Assembly: GCA_951406725.2 (NCBI GenBank) | Contig: OX597827.1 | Coordinates: forward strand, 17,546,001-17,610,000 | Direction of reading: 5' to 3' | DNA: 64,000 nucleotides | From: Octopus vulgaris | Lineage: Eukaryota | Shown here: positions 1-14,834 of the stretch, in pieces | Numbering within the stretch: position 1 is the stretch's first letter | Layout of the letters: each line of letters starts with the position of its first letter | The notes under the pieces: model-generated | The model's input: the letters and a program-made list of their open reading frames with translations, nothing else | Databases searched by the model: none | What the model was told of the DNA's origin: nothing | Position numbers and translations under genes: made by a program

Positions 1-109
1 TAAGTGTATATATGTATGCATTCTTTTGTCGGTCTCAAACATTTGAGCGTTCCCATGGCGCACAACATTTAGGGTGATAGCTGACAACACCAAAAATTAT
101 TCTCATTGC

Positions 110-513
110 TCTTTACTCTTTTACTAGTTATAGCCATTTGACTGCGACCATGCTGGAGCATCGCCTTTAGTCGAGCAAATCGACCCCAGGACTTCTGAAG
201 CCTAGTACTTATTCTATCGGTCTCTTTGGCCGGACCACTAAGTTACGGGGACGTAAACACACCAACATCGCTTGTCAAGTGATGTTGGGGAGGACAAACA
301 CAGACTTACAAACATATACACACACATACATACACATATATACACATATACGACGGGCTTCTATCAGTTTCTGTCAACCATATCCACTCACAAAGCTTTG
401 GTCAGCCCGAGGCTATAGTAGAAGACAATTGCCCAAAGTGCCCCGCAGTGGGAATGAACCCGGAACCATATTGTTGGTAAGCAAGCTACTTACCACACAA
501 CCACTCCTGCGCC
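110..513 (-). mobile_element. tRNA-derived SINE, family A (head GGCGCAGGAGTGGCTGTGTGG, internal microsatellite, tail (GTAAAAGA)n)
   Basis: Reverse complement of the ~410-bp consensus seen many times in the window; tRNA-like A/B-box head and short-repeat tail. Confidence 0.85.
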
Positions 514-589
514 GCCTATATTCTATTGATTTGTATTTATTTCTGTGACAACAAATGATCTAATAAAGCAACTACCTAGCTACCCATAG

Positions 590-702
<113 letters not shown>

Positions 703-1287
703 CGTATTGGTAAATATCTGAATAAAAGGAACAATGGTATTTGCAAAAGAAATCTCCTTAGTATCATCACCTCAAAAATTCCTTTGATGACAATATGACG
801 CAAACCAGGGCAACGACACAAGGGAAAGCTTCTTTTTGGGGGCAATGTCAACAGGGACGACGACTAAACATGATAACCACTTATTGTTTTTTTAGGGAAG
901 ATTTTATAATAATTATAAAGTGTCATAGTAAACATTCGCTTTCACCATTTGAATGCTGCCTTACAGATTGCTGTTACGTCTTGCAAGACGCAACCTTGGA
1001 AAGACTACTCTAGCTAACGCTTCCAATATCAAGAACAACAATTCGTGCTGTAGTCGTGATGGCAATTCATGCACACTTATTTAATCGATGACCGAATCAA
1101 TCAAATTGATCTTCAAAAGATAACTGATTAGTATGCTGCTATACCATCAGGCATCCCTTTTCGCAACCAATCTCATTATAACATTTAGTTCCTGAACATT
1201 TACATGCTGTCTCTGGAACAAGGCTGCTACTACACTCGATGCTACTCTGAGAAACGATTTAGCAGACATCAGAGCTCCAATAGACAT

Positions 1288-1360
1288 CAGTAGCGTGTTT
1301 AAACTATGGGCTATGAAGCAGCGGGGCTGCTTCATAGCCCATAGTTTAAACACGCTACTG
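1288..1360. repeat. Perfect hairpin, 35-bp arms with a 3-nt loop
   Basis: CAGTAGCGTGTTTAAACTATGGGCTATGAAGCAGC-ggg-reverse complement. Confidence 0.9.
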
Positions 1361-1893
1361 TTACAACAGAAACTACACAATATACATAGCCGTGAAGCTT
1401 GGTGTTTGGCATTTATTTCGATATCATGATGTTTGATGATGCACACCTTCATATCCCTAAGTTTGCCAACTTGTAAACCTTGCTACACAGACAACATACC
1501 TCATTTTGCTTCACATTGTTAAAAAGATAAATCCCCTTTTTATAAATACACAATAGTCAATAGAATCGATTATTACAGACTCTTTTCTTCACTTTAGAGA
1601 TAAATTCCAAACATTCTGCTGAAGGCAAATAGTAGTTAAATTGTCATATATTATATTGAGGCACACACAGAAACTTATATGAAAACGTACATATTCACGT
1701 GTTTGTACACGAAGTAGCATAGCATTATTTTTTATTCCTATATATATATATATATATATATATACAGCTTCAAATAAACCTACACATGTTTCTACTGCAT
1801 TGATTAACAACCGTTGCAATTGCAACCTACTGTATGTATGTATTTATGTATGTATGTATGTATGTATGTATGTATGTATGTACGTATGTATGT

Positions 1894-2188
1894 AAAGCGA
1901 GACAGATGAGTGACAACCTGGCCACTGGTGGTGGTGTAACGCACCATGCTAATCATATCTGTCAGGCATGTGGAAGAGAGTGTAATTCGGTAGGAGGACT
2001 TAAACGACATGCAAAGGTACATGAAGCCCAGTTGCAACTACAGCCGGCTATTACCAGTAAAGGTTTTAGTTGCCAATTCTGTACAAGACATTGTAGATCT
2101 TTAGCTGGGCTAAAAAGTCACATTCAGCACCAGTAACAGTTAAGCTTCGTGCAATGGCCATACGCGATAACGAGGGGGCAGCCATCAT
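1894..2188 (+). mobile_element. 5'-truncated 3' end of an RTE-like LINE encoding two C2H2 zinc fingers
   Basis: ORF reads HICQACGRECNSVGGLKRHAKVH...FSCQFCTRHCRSLAGLKSHIQHQ*, then a short 3' UTR running into (TATG)n. It lies inside a TATG microsatellite and has no splice acceptor. Confidence 0.65.
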
Positions 2189-2906
2189 GTATGTATGTAT
2201 GTATGTATGTATCATGTTACTTGATCAATATTTATATTTGTAGGACAACTATGTTTCAAAACAGTTACACTATCTTGCATATAACATGGCTTAACGCCGA
2301 AAAGTACGCTCTTTTATCATCTCCTTTAGTTTGTCACTAGGATTTGTTACAGTTAGCACCTAGTTAGTGGCAAGTAGTAAATGTATATCCGTTCTGTATA
2401 GTAAACCAGTTTGCATTGATTTATTCTCTATTCCGTTTTCTACATTGCTTAAACCTATATTTTCTATTGAACGATGAAAATCAAAGTAGACTTGGTGAAT
2501 ATAAATGAATGTAGCTAAAGGCCTGAATTTATTTCGCCCGACGCTCCGCCGACTCTGGCAACTACTCGCGCAAATTATTGGGAGCGTGAGAGTGTGCGTG
2601 CAGATATATATATACATACATACACACACACATTTGTATAATTTGTATATAGATTTCATAAAATATATATATATAAGCGCATAGATATACATAATACATA
2701 CTTACACATATACAAATACATGTATACATATATATGTATGTACGTGTATATATATGTACACACAAAGCTACATATATACACATATACATATATATGTATA
2801 CATATATATATGTACGTGTATATATATGTACACACAAACCTACATATATACACATATATATACACATATACATACACACACATATATATATATATATAGA
2901 CATGTA

Positions 2907-2951
<45 letters not shown>

Positions 2952-3703
2952 GTATGTATATATATATATATATATCAATATATATATATATCAATATATA
3001 TATATATACAAATTGTTAAATATCACAAATTTCCGGTACAGGAAGTCTCACGCCGGAGACCTATTCATCAAATTCTATAGCGACGAAAAATTTTTTTGAA
3101 AATGCTAACAAAATTATCATTTAATGATTTAGAATGATTAACAATATGGCCGTTAGCATTTTCAAAGATAACATCGTTAATATGCAATCTAGTCAATGTC
3201 TCCTCGGTTTGATACTCCAAGAAATGGAACTCTATCAATAATAAATACATGTACTGATATTATATTATGTGCTCCTAATACCAGAAGCAAATACTATACC
3301 GTTTATATTGATCTGGACACATAAAAATAAAACAGAGACACGTGAAACAAATTTTGTAATAATTACTATTTTGTTACTTATTAAAATTCCATAAAAAGAC
3401 ATTAGGACTTGCAGGAAATACCTCTAGAAATTATGACAGAATATTATTCCCCTTGGCACGTCGGAAAATTTTGTTTTGTTTTTTTTTTTTCTTAGGAAAT
3501 GTCAATATTGTCACGTTCGTATTCCAATGCTTTCCAAAGTTAATCAGCACTCGTAAATTTTCTTCTAACCAGTTGGTGCCAAATACATACCCAAATATTC
3601 TTTAAAGCATTCATATCTGAATAATGAAGTGATCATACCATACATTGCCATGGGTTTTTCTCCAAACATTTCTTGTCACTTTTACAGTATAATCAAGAAC
3701 ATA

Positions 3704-4116
3704 GGCGCATGAGTGGCTGTGTGGTAAGTAGCTTGCTAACCAGCCACATGGTTCCGGCTTCAGTCCCACTGCGTGGCATCTTGGGCAAGTGTCTTCTGCT
3801 ATAGCGCCGGGCCGACCAATGCCTTGTGAGTGGATTTGGTAGACGGAAACTGAAAGAAGCCTGTCGTATATATGTATATTTATATATAAGTGTGTGTGTA
3901 TATGTTTGTGTGTCTGTGTTTGTCGCCCTAGCATTGCTTGACAACCGATGCTGGTGTGTTTACGTCCCCGTCACTTATCGGTTCAGCAAAAGAGACCGAT
4001 AAAATAAGTACTGGGCTTACAAAGAATAAGTCCCGGGGTCGATTTGCTCGACTAAAGGCGGTGCTCCAGCATGGCCGCAGTCAAATGACTGAAACAAGTA
4101 AAAGAGTAAAAGAGAG
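3704..4116 (+). mobile_element. SINE family A, full length
   Basis: Matches the family A consensus from head to GTAAAAGAG tail. Confidence 0.9.
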
Positions 4117-4540
4117 TAACACTGTCTTGTTGAGATTGAGGTTTCTTTGCCATATAATTTGGGCTCGCTGAGAATAAATACTCTACTCTTTATTACTAGT
4201 AGTTTTAGAATTTGCAGGGCAGCAATTTACTGTTAGTGCCTTATCAGCTGAAAAATATCTGCAATATGTCCTAAGTGGGTTGTTTTTTTTTTGTGGTGGG
4301 GTGCTAAGAGAGTTTCTTAAAACTTTTCGAGACAAACCCATCAGCTTTCATCTTCTTTTATTAGCCCTTTGGAATTTGTCTCCTTTGCAGCAGTTCTGAA
4401 CTTCTTTTGTCACTAACTACACCGCTTTTGATGAACTAAGAATTTCAGGATCAATGTTTACGAATACACCACAACCACGACTATGGATACACGAATAATG
4501 TCCTGTCAATTTTAGTTGATATATTTTGACTGTTCTATAT

Positions 4541-4744
4541 ACTCTTACTCTTTTACTCTTTTACTTGTTTCAGTCATGTGACTGTGGCCATGCTGGAGCA
4601 CCGCCTTTAGTCGAACAAATTCTTTGTAATCCTAGTACTTAATCTATTGGTCTCTTTTGCCGAACCGCTACGTTACGGGGACGTAAACACGCCACCATCG
4701 GTTGTCAAGCGATGTTGGGGGGACAAACACAGACACACACACAA

Positions 4745-4801
<57 letters not shown>

Positions 4802-4963
4802 CGACGAGCTTCTTTCAGTTTCCGTCTACCAAATCTACTCACAAGGCTTTGGTCGGCCCGAGGTTATAGTAGAAGACACTTGCCCAAGGTGCCACGCAGT
4901 GGGACTGAATCCGAAACCATGTAGTTGGCAAGTAAGCTTCTTACCACACAGCCACTCCTGCGC
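4541..4963 (-). mobile_element. SINE family A
   Basis: Reverse-complement consensus with a small internal deletion. Confidence 0.88.
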
Positions 4964-5367
4964 AGTTTAATTGTTTTTTTCCGTTCTGTTGTACAATAAA
5001 CCAAAGGAACGAGGGCTACACCATAGCTTTTATTGCCAACTGCATCAAATGTAAAGTGTATCCTATCAGAATGTATATAAATAATGCATAGAATATTGTC
5101 TACTTGTCAGAAAGTGTTCTCTTGGTAAACAGCTTGAATATGTCTCTTATAATTGAACATATGTATACATACATATGCATGAAGTATGAACATGGGTTAG
5201 AGCGTCAGTGTAGTTCGCTTGAAACATTGTAGTGCAGAAATATAAATTGAAGGAAAAAAGAAATAAGGAAGGCTTCTCACAACACAGAAAAGTTTAGAGA
5301 ACAAACTTTATACTTCGGGGCGCAAAGAAGAAAGCATTCGAAGATATGGGTATTTATATAGATTCCA

Positions 5368-5700
5368 TTATTTTAAACTTCTTGGCGTTTGGATTAACAG
5401 GAGCAGCAACTCTCCAACTGGTTGTCGTGATCGTAGTGACGTATTTTCACGCGGCAGTGGTGAAGGAAGATGGTGCTGGTATATGCTTGTCGTAGTGGCA
5501 ATGATGTATTCATACGAAGACTCGGCCCATCTCCAATCGACTATTAATTTGAGGCAGTTGATCAATATAGCTTCCTTGATACGAAGACTTGCTGTGTTCC
5601 TCTCCGAAGCTAGTATGGCAGCGTCTATCTCATTGGTGGTGTTGCCGCATTTGGTCAAGTACTTGACTGCTTTCTTCTAAAGATAGGCCTTTGGGAGCGA
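5368..5700 (-). mobile_element. Decayed Penelope-like element, C-terminal part of the GIY-YIG endonuclease
   Basis: Minus frame KKAVKYLTKCGNTTNEIDAAILASERNTASLRIKEAILINCLK resembles the PLE endonuclease tail (HL..CG...IL..E.N...LRIKEAILI...KP); stops upstream. Confidence 0.55.
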
Positions 5701-5707
5701 ATTATAT

Positions 5708-6106
5708 ACTCTTTTACTCTCTTTTACTTGTTTCAGTCATTTGACTGCGGCCATGCTGGAGCACAGCTTTTAGTCGAGCAAATCGACCCTGGGATTTATT
5801 CTTTGTAAGCTCAGTACTTATTCTATCGGTCTATTTTGCCGAACCGCTAAGTGACGGGGACATAAACACACCAGCATCGGTTGTCAAGCAATGCTAGGGG
5901 GACAAACACACGAACACACAAACACACACATATATATATATATACATATAAACGACAGGCTTCTTTCAGTTTCCGTCTACCAAATCCACTCACAAGGCAT
6001 TGGTCGGCCCGGGGCTATAGCAGAAGACACTTGCCCAAGATGCCACGCAGTGGGACTGAACCCGGAACCATGTGGTTGGTTAGCAAGCTACTTACCACAC
6101 AGCCAC
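5708..6106 (-). mobile_element. SINE family A
   Basis: Reverse-complement consensus. Confidence 0.88.
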
Positions 6107-6708
6107 ATAGTTTGTTTTTTTTTGTAAAACTTTCATTGTTAGAAGTTTTATTTATTTGTCTCTTCCTTCATTTCCATACATAAGTATATATATATATATG
6201 AGAAAAAATATATGTATACAGAAATAAATAATTAATTTAATTGGCCAAAATATCACATTGCAATGTTGTATCTGTAGAAAACAAAAAGGCATAAAGAAAA
6301 CATATGGGAAAAGATACATTGCTAATGAAACATTTGTAGGTGTTATATATATATATATATATATAAAACTTCGAATTCACTATCAGCAAAATTATGAATA
6401 ACACTTGATTCCATCTTTATAGTGAGTTCTTTGTTTTACAGTTAATGTTACTGGACAGCCTTTCACTGTATGTATGTATATATGTGTGTGTATGTGTATG
6501 CATATATGTGTGTATCTATGTATTGAATATACATGTGTGTATGTGTGTATATATGAATTATTAATTATGGAAGCTGTGACAATGCCAAAACGGTAATTGT
6601 TATATCCAACTTCGAATCGATGTTTTGTTCGAGCACCGAATACCTCGTTACTAACTTTGGGAATACTCTCGTGTAGGAACTTGTTACATAAAAATGCACA
6701 TATTTATG

Positions 6709-7104
6709 TGCAGGAGTGGCTGTGTGGTAAGTAGCTTGCTAACCAACCACATGGTTCCGGGTTCAGTCCCACTGCGTGGCATCTTGGGCAAGTGTCTTCT
6801 GCTATAGCCCCGGGCAGACCAATGCCTTGTGAGTGGATTTGGTAGACGGAAACTGAAAGAAGCCTGTCGTATATATGTATATATATATATATATATATAT
6901 TTATGTGTGTGTGTGTGTTTGTCGGTGTTTGTCACCCTAGCATTGCTTGACAACCAATGCTGGTGTGTTTACGTCCCCGTCACTTAGCAGTTCGGCAAAA
7001 AGGGACAGATAGAATAAGTATTGGGCTTACAAAGAATAAGTCCCGGGGTCGATTTGCTCGACTAAAGGCGGTGCTCCAGCATGGCCGCAGTCAAGTGACT
7101 GAAA
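6709..7104 (+). mobile_element. SINE family A
   Basis: Consensus match. Confidence 0.88.
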
Positions 7105-8187
7105 CAAGTAAAAGAGTAAAATAGTATATATCGTAGTAGATGAGAAGCATCTATCATAGGTACCCAAAACTGCCATATAAACGTGATTTCATGGAAACTG
7201 ATTTCAGCACGGTTTCGGCATACCAATTTCTACATTTTCACTGAGAGTCTTGATCGTAAAAGACATTCGCGTAAAGTTTTCCGTACAGAGATCGATCTAG
7301 AAACCACCTGGTAGGTAACCGAAATTCATGACGGCACCTCCATGTCTACTCCCTTTCAAAAGGCCTTTCAACGTTTTGTCGTTAATGGTGGTATCGGTGC
7401 TGTTAATGTCGGTGTTAATGCTGCTTCCACATTGGCTCATTTAAATTCAAAGGATATTCCAGTGCAAGCTTCATGAGTTTGCATTTGTTTTTGCCTTTGT
7501 TTTTTTCTGCTTTTGTTTTTTTTTTTTTTTTTCCTTAATTATCTTTTGCAATAAATTGCATCCCTTATTTGTTGTTAGCTTTATGTTATTTCCGCTTTCT
7601 GTAACCGCCATACAATTGTTTCCTACGATACAAGCCAAAAATATATATAAACAAATAAAGACAAAAGAAAAAATATTGAAAACCATCATGTGTTATTTCC
7701 TGTTATTTAAAGTATCTTTTAATTATTGGCACCAACACGTGTATCTGCTAATTCAACAGTAACTGTTTTTCTTCTGTTTTCTGACATATCGTTTGCTGTA
7801 ATTTAGTTTTTTCATATTTTTATACATTTTCAGATTTTATTTTTCAATATTCATTTGATTATTTTTTTTTTAACAGGAGAGTGTTAATCCAGGCATTTTC
7901 GTTAACATGAAGAGATTTTTAATTTTCTTTCGGTCTAATTTCCTTTTTTTTCGTATTTGTATGCTTCTTTGTTCTTTTCTAGTTAAAAAGGTCGCTTTTG
8001 CAACCGTATGATTACGGATTCATTCCCGACAATACGGCACCAAAGGCAAGCATCTGTTTTCCTGAAGGCAGAATTTCGTTGGGACAGAATAATTTATGAT
8101 GAAACTTGACAAACGTACACGTAAACGTACTCATACACATACACACATGTAGATTCACACACACACATATGCACACGCAAGCACGCA

Positions 8188-8257
<70 letters not shown>

Positions 8258-8264
8258 TATATAT

Positions 8265-8447
8265 GTATAGTTCAGTTTGAAAACCGCACTAGAATGGGAG
8301 AAAGCGCTAATACATCATCTAAGTTATATGATGTATATAAACATGTAATATACAAATAAATATCTGTAAATATAAAACCATCCGAATTTCTGAGTACCTC
8401 ATTTCTTCTAATATAAAATACATGTACATCATCTCCAAACCTTCCAG

Positions 8448-8448
<1 letters not shown>
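8265..8448 (+). mobile_element. Short dispersed repeat in TA microsatellite, pLTR-like, with a degenerate hammerhead-like 5' motif
   Basis: Homologous in reverse orientation to 38670-38850; begins TTGAAAA...GAAAgcgcTA. Confidence 0.55.
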
Positions 8449-8501
<53 letters not shown>

Positions 8502-8874
8502 TGTATGTATGTATGTATGTATGCATGTATATATGTATTATGTATGTATGTATGTATGTATGTATGTATGTATGTATTATGTACTGTGTGTGTGTGTATG
8601 TATGTATGTATGCATGTATGTATGTATGTATGTATGTATATATGTATGCATGTATGTATGTATGTATGTATGTATGTATTATGTACTGTGTGTGTGTGTA
8701 TGTATGTATGTATGTATGCATGTATGTATGTATGTATGTATGTATGTATGTATGTATGTATGTATGTATGTATGTATGTATGTATGTATGTATGTATGTA
8801 TGTATGTATTATGTACTGTGTGTGTGTGTATGTATGTATGTATGTATGTATGTATGTATGTATGTATGTATGTA

Positions 8875-8946
<72 letters not shown>
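8448..8946. repeat. Compound (TA)n/(TATG)n/(TG)n microsatellite with repeated ~110-bp higher-order blocks
   Basis: The block TATTATGTACTGTGTGTGTG recurs three times at roughly 100-130 bp spacing. Confidence 0.9.
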
Positions 8947-8948
<2 letters not shown>

Positions 8949-9175
8949 GATGCATGGTTCAGTGTTTAGAGCGTCGGGCTCGCGATCATGAAGTAGTGAT
9001 TTCGATTCCCGGATTGGGCTATGTGTTTTGTTCTTGAGCAAGACTCTTTATTTTCATGTTCCTGCAGCAGTCCACTCAGCTGTAAAACTGATTTTGCAAT
9101 GACACTGGCGCCAAGCTGTATCAGCCTTTCTCTGTCTCATGGGAGGCGTGGAGATGGGAATCTGGTATGCATGGG
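8947..9175 (+). mobile_element. SINE family D, partial
   Basis: Head GCATGGTTCAGTGTTTAGAGCGTCGG and body TTGAGCAAGACTCTTTATTT match 30776-31120. Confidence 0.7.
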
Positions 9176-9980
9176 CGAACGTGTTTTTGTTGTTAGTAGT
9201 GTTCTCGTTGTTGTTGTTGTTGTTCTTGTTAGTGTTGCTTTTGTTGCTGTTGTCACTTTTGCTATTGTTGTTGTTGTTGTTGGTGTCATCGCTGCTGCCG
9301 CTGCTACTGCTGTCTCTTTCGTTGTTGCTGTTGTTACCACTTCTACTACTGCTACTGCTGTTATTGTTGCTGCTGCTGTTGTTGAGCGAAGCGGTCTTCG
9401 CCCCTAAGTTGGGAGAAGTCCGAAACGTGGTCCTTTGCTATCCGTAAGACCCGCAGGAGAGAAAGCAGGTCAACCCCCCGACACAGAGAGCATCGACGGA
9501 CGGATGGATGAATGCGCATCCAGGCTGCTGTCGTTTTCACTGCTACTGTACTTGCTATTGCTGTTACCACTGCTGTTGCTACGAGGTGGGCTTTGTACTG
9601 TGCCACTCTCGATTTTCTCCTCCCCTTATCTTGCATTGTTGCCAGTAACGAAGGAAAGTGGGGAGAAATCTTCAGCACTCACCAGATTCGTGAGAAGGGC
9701 AGTTTTCTTTTTTCTCAACTCTTTCAAGGCGCGCTCCGCCATCTTGTTCAGTTGTGCTTGATTAAATTAAATTAAACACCCACCGAAATTATTTGGTGGG
9801 CAGAATACAGCCCTTCGGCGGGTGGGAGGCGAAACATAGAAGACTAGTAACAGGTTTCTAATGTTTCTATTGTCAACTTCGAATAAAATAAATAATGCAA
9901 AGAAGCACCAAATCGGTGTAAATAAGTTTTAAGCTGTACCAACCTAGTGCGTTTAAAATCACGTCCTATGTATTCTACAG

Positions 9981-10907
<927 letters not shown>

Positions 10908-10940
10908 ATGTGATTTTATTGTTCTCATTTTGTTTTCTAG

Positions 10941-11320
10941 AAACAACAACTAGTAAGCAACCCAAGCAAGACTACGATATATTCGGAATGGCACTGAGAG
11001 GCTATTACAAAGATGATGATGACGACGATGATGAAGATGATGACCACCACCACGATAATAGTAAAAATAATAATAATAACGACACTAAGTATGGCGGATG
11101 GGAAAATAGATGGATAAGTGGTTCTGGCTCGACGACAGACAATCAAAAATCGAAAGCTGGTGCAGGAGACAAATCACGACAAATGACACCTGTGGAAGAA
11201 ACGTTGACGAAATCGTTGTATGCTAAGTTTGTGGCGTACGAGAAAATGGCCGAATCTTATGAATTGCTAGGATTAGGTGTGAAATTGAAACACATCCTTG
11301 TACATGATGCTCTTAACTAA
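10941..11320 (+). CDS. Terminal coding exon of paralogue 1, unknown His/Asp-rich protein
   Basis: Acceptor ttttgttttctag|AAAC (phase 1), about 125 open codons to TAA, AATAAA at ~11616. Two motifs are conserved with 21598-21666 and 27275-27633. Upstream exon not identified. Confidence 0.8.
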
Positions 11321-11430
11321 AAACCAAGGAGTAAGACAAGCGATTGACCAGATAAAATTCAGATGTCACTATATTCGTTAGGGAGACGTTTTGTGGTCTA
11401 TCTATCTATCTATCTATCTATCTATATCTA

Positions 11431-11464
<34 letters not shown>

Positions 11465-11487
11465 ATTGACTAATCAGTATTTTTCTG

Positions 11488-11540
<53 letters not shown>

Positions 11541-11886
11541 TTATCTATCTATCAGTTAATCCATATTTTAAAACTCATTTGAATAATATAAACGTAATTG
11601 CCACTGCAATTCTGAAATAAAAAAAATATATATAGTTTCCCAATTTATTTCTTTAGTTTAATTTTTTATTTTGTGTTTGTGTTCTCTGTTTATTTTTCTA
11701 ATTATTTTCTGTGTACGAGTGTATACGTCAGTGTATGCGCATGTAGTGTAGGTGGTTCAGGGGTTACAAAGATTTATTTTCTTTCCTTTCTGAAAATTTC
11801 CATATAAGACAGCAATCGATGGTCAGAGTAAATCGTTTGCATATATTTCAGGGAATAGTTAATACATAGATTCATTTCCTGTTTAA

Positions 11887-11932
<46 letters not shown>

Positions 11933-12020
11933 GTGTGTGTGTGTGTGTGTGTATGTATTATGTATATGTATATGTATCTGTGTCTTTGTATGTATATGAA
12001 CATTTATATATATACACACG

Positions 12021-12100
<80 letters not shown>

Positions 12101-12905
12101 TATGTATATCAACATATATATATATATATATATACATATGTATATCTACATATATATATATATATATACATATATATATTTATATATATGTGTGTGTGCG
12201 TGTGTGTGTGTGTATATATATATATATACGTGTGTCTGTATGTGTGCTTATGTCCTTTCGTCAATATGCATGTATGTATTATATATTTGTTGGAATGAAT
12301 GTATTTGCGTGTATATGTGGTTATTAGTTCAGTTTTTAATTATCGTGTGTATATTTGTGTGTGTGCGTGTGTGTGTATGTGTGGGTGTGCGCGTGTTTGT
12401 ATGTGTAAACAAAGAAAAAGTGTGTCTGTGTGTGAGAGAGAGAGAGAGTGGATAGAGAATGAGAGAGGTAAAAGAAATTACTATGTTCGCTATTCAAGAT
12501 GGAAGACATCTTAGTGTTAGTATTCACCCTGTCTCAGCAAATAGTGTTGGGTACTCATGCACTCGCGATTACATACAGATACCATCTCGGTTCGCCTACA
12601 CTGGATTTTGCGTAACATACATTAGATACAAGAGCTGGAGAGCATGCATGTCTGTGTGTAGCAGAAGGACATGTCAAAACTGTCATTTTATTTAATGCTT
12701 TCTAGAAAATAAAAAGGGAAGTGGACTTTGGCAGGATTTGAACGCAAAGCGCAGACAACCGTAATGATTATCGTAAAATATTCAATACGATTCTGTAGCA
12801 ATCAACACCTTTATGTATGTGTGTGTATGTGCATATATATATATGTGTGTGTGTGTGTGTGTTTGTGTGTGTGTTTATGTGTGTATATATATATATGTAT
12901 ATATA

Positions 12906-12967
<62 letters not shown>

Positions 12968-12994
12968 TCAATATGTATAAAGCTGAAATGCGAA

Positions 12995-13047
12995 AATGTT
13001 CTATTATAGCCGCGGGCCAACCAGACGAAAACTGAAAGAAGCCTGTC

Positions 13048-13081
<34 letters not shown>

Positions 13082-13290
13082 CTGTGTGTATTTCTGTCTG
13101 TGCTTGCTCCCTCACCATCGCTTTACAACCGATGTTGGTGTGCTTACATCCCTGTAACTAAGCGGTTCGACAAAAGAGCCTGACAGAATACATACTAGGC
13201 TTACAAAGAATAAGTCCTAGGGTCGATTTATTCGACTAAAGACGGTGCTCCAGCATGGCTGCAGTCAAAAGACTGAAACAAGTAAATGAC
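12995..13290 (+). mobile_element. SINE family A, 5'-truncated
   Basis: Body and tail match the consensus. Confidence 0.8.
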
Positions 13291-14025
13291 ATAGATAATT
13301 TTATAGCATCATCAAAGGAGCACAATGTACTCCGCTAATGAGAACTAATAAGGTTGAAACAATGCCCAATTCTTTGAATATTTGCTTTTGAGGTCAAAGT
13401 TCACTCCTAAATATATTGTCCTCTCAATTGCAGAAATAACACCATTTAATTGAAGCTTTTTTACTCAGTACATTTTATATGTTAGACTGTATTGCGTTTT
13501 TATATATTATTCATACTGCTCCGGTTTGTAATTGCCTGTATCCAAGATGATCTTTAAAAAGACACCATTAGTGCTATAGCCTTTCTCTCTCTCCCTCTCA
13601 TCCCCTAAAATCTGCTGATGAAGTACCTAACATGTCGAGTACACAGAAACATGGCCTAGTCGTAACACTAACTATTATTTACTCTATTTTATTTATTTTG
13701 GACTTCTTTAAACTTTTTCCACATCTTATCATGTAGACACACACCACAGTTCTGAGTCAGTTAACGTTATATTGGTAAGGCAATGTATAGATTATAATAT
13801 GTATAGACTATAATATGCATCAAGTTCCTCGAATTCAGATGAATTCATTAATCATCAACCTTCCGAGACAGCGTCGGTCTCATATTTCAGGGGAGGTATT
13901 TTATTGGTTTTACGTGTTACTTGTGCTTTTACTGTATGATTGTAAGAAACGAGCGTATTATTCTTTCTACTTCGATAACACTCGATGAAAAATGTTTGAC
14001 AAATATAGTCAGATTTCTGCATTTT

Positions 14026-14657
14026 TATTTCTTTATTGACCACAAGGGGCTACACACAAAGGGGACAAACAAGGACAGACAAACGGATTAAGTCGATTAG
14101 ATCCACCCCAGTGTGTAACTGGTACTTAATTTATCGACCCCGAAAGGATGAAAGGCAAAGTCGACCTCGGCGGAATTTGGACTCAGAACGTAACGGCAGA
14201 CGAAATCCCGCTAAGCATTCCGCCCGGCGAGCTAACGATTCTTAATTCTTTATTGCCAACAAGGGGATAAACGTAGAAGGGACAAACAAGGACAGACAAA
14301 AGGATAAAGTCGATTAGATCAACCCCAGTGCGTAACTGGTACTTATTTAATCGCCCCCGAAAGGATGGAAGTCAAAGTCGACCTCGGCGGAATTTGAACT
14401 CAAAACGTAAAGACAGACGAAATACCTATTTCTTTACTACCCACAAGGGGCTAAACACAGAGAGGACAAACAAGGACAGACAAACGGATTAAGTCGATTA
14501 GATCGACCCCAGCGCGCAACTGGTACTTAATTTATCGTCCCGGAAAGGATGAAAGGCAAAGTCGACCTCGGCGGAATTTGAACTCAGAACATAGCGGCAG
14601 ACGAAATACCGCTAAGCATTTCGCCCGGCGTGCTAACGTTTCTGGCAGCTAGCCGCC
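14026..14657 (-). mobile_element. SINE family C (head GGCGGCGAGCTGGCAGAA..CGTTAGCAC), with repeated ~180-210-bp internal units
   Basis: Three copies of the CCACAAGGGG...GTCGACCTCGGCGGAATTTG unit; homologous to 24665-25057 and 44489-44905. Confidence 0.85.
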
Positions 14658-14834
14658 TTGCATTCTTTGATTTCTGCATTCTCTCATCAAAATTTCATCC
14701 TGCAAATATCGTGTTTCGACAGCTCATTCTCCGACTTAATTCTAGTTGTCGTTTGGTTGTCCACAACCGTGCAGTCGTCTCCGACTGTCCAGAGCAATGT
14801 GTACCGATATTCAAGATGTAATTACCTCATAAAA

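Noticed and set aside
795-1460. Helitron helicase remnant (VASS.. motif)
   Set aside because: The resemblance is too short and fragmentary to support without a search.
3025-3080. Hammerhead-like motif on the minus strand (TTGATGA...GGAAA)
   Set aside because: U3-G8 mismatch and no stem I or III pairing.
7556-8010. Signal-peptide first exon for paralogue 1
   Set aside because: Several hydrophobic ATG-started stretches exist, but none ends in a convincing phase-1 donor.
13613-13665. Hammerhead motif CTGATGA...GAAAcatg
   Set aside because: No NUH triplet and poor stems; at best a decayed copy.
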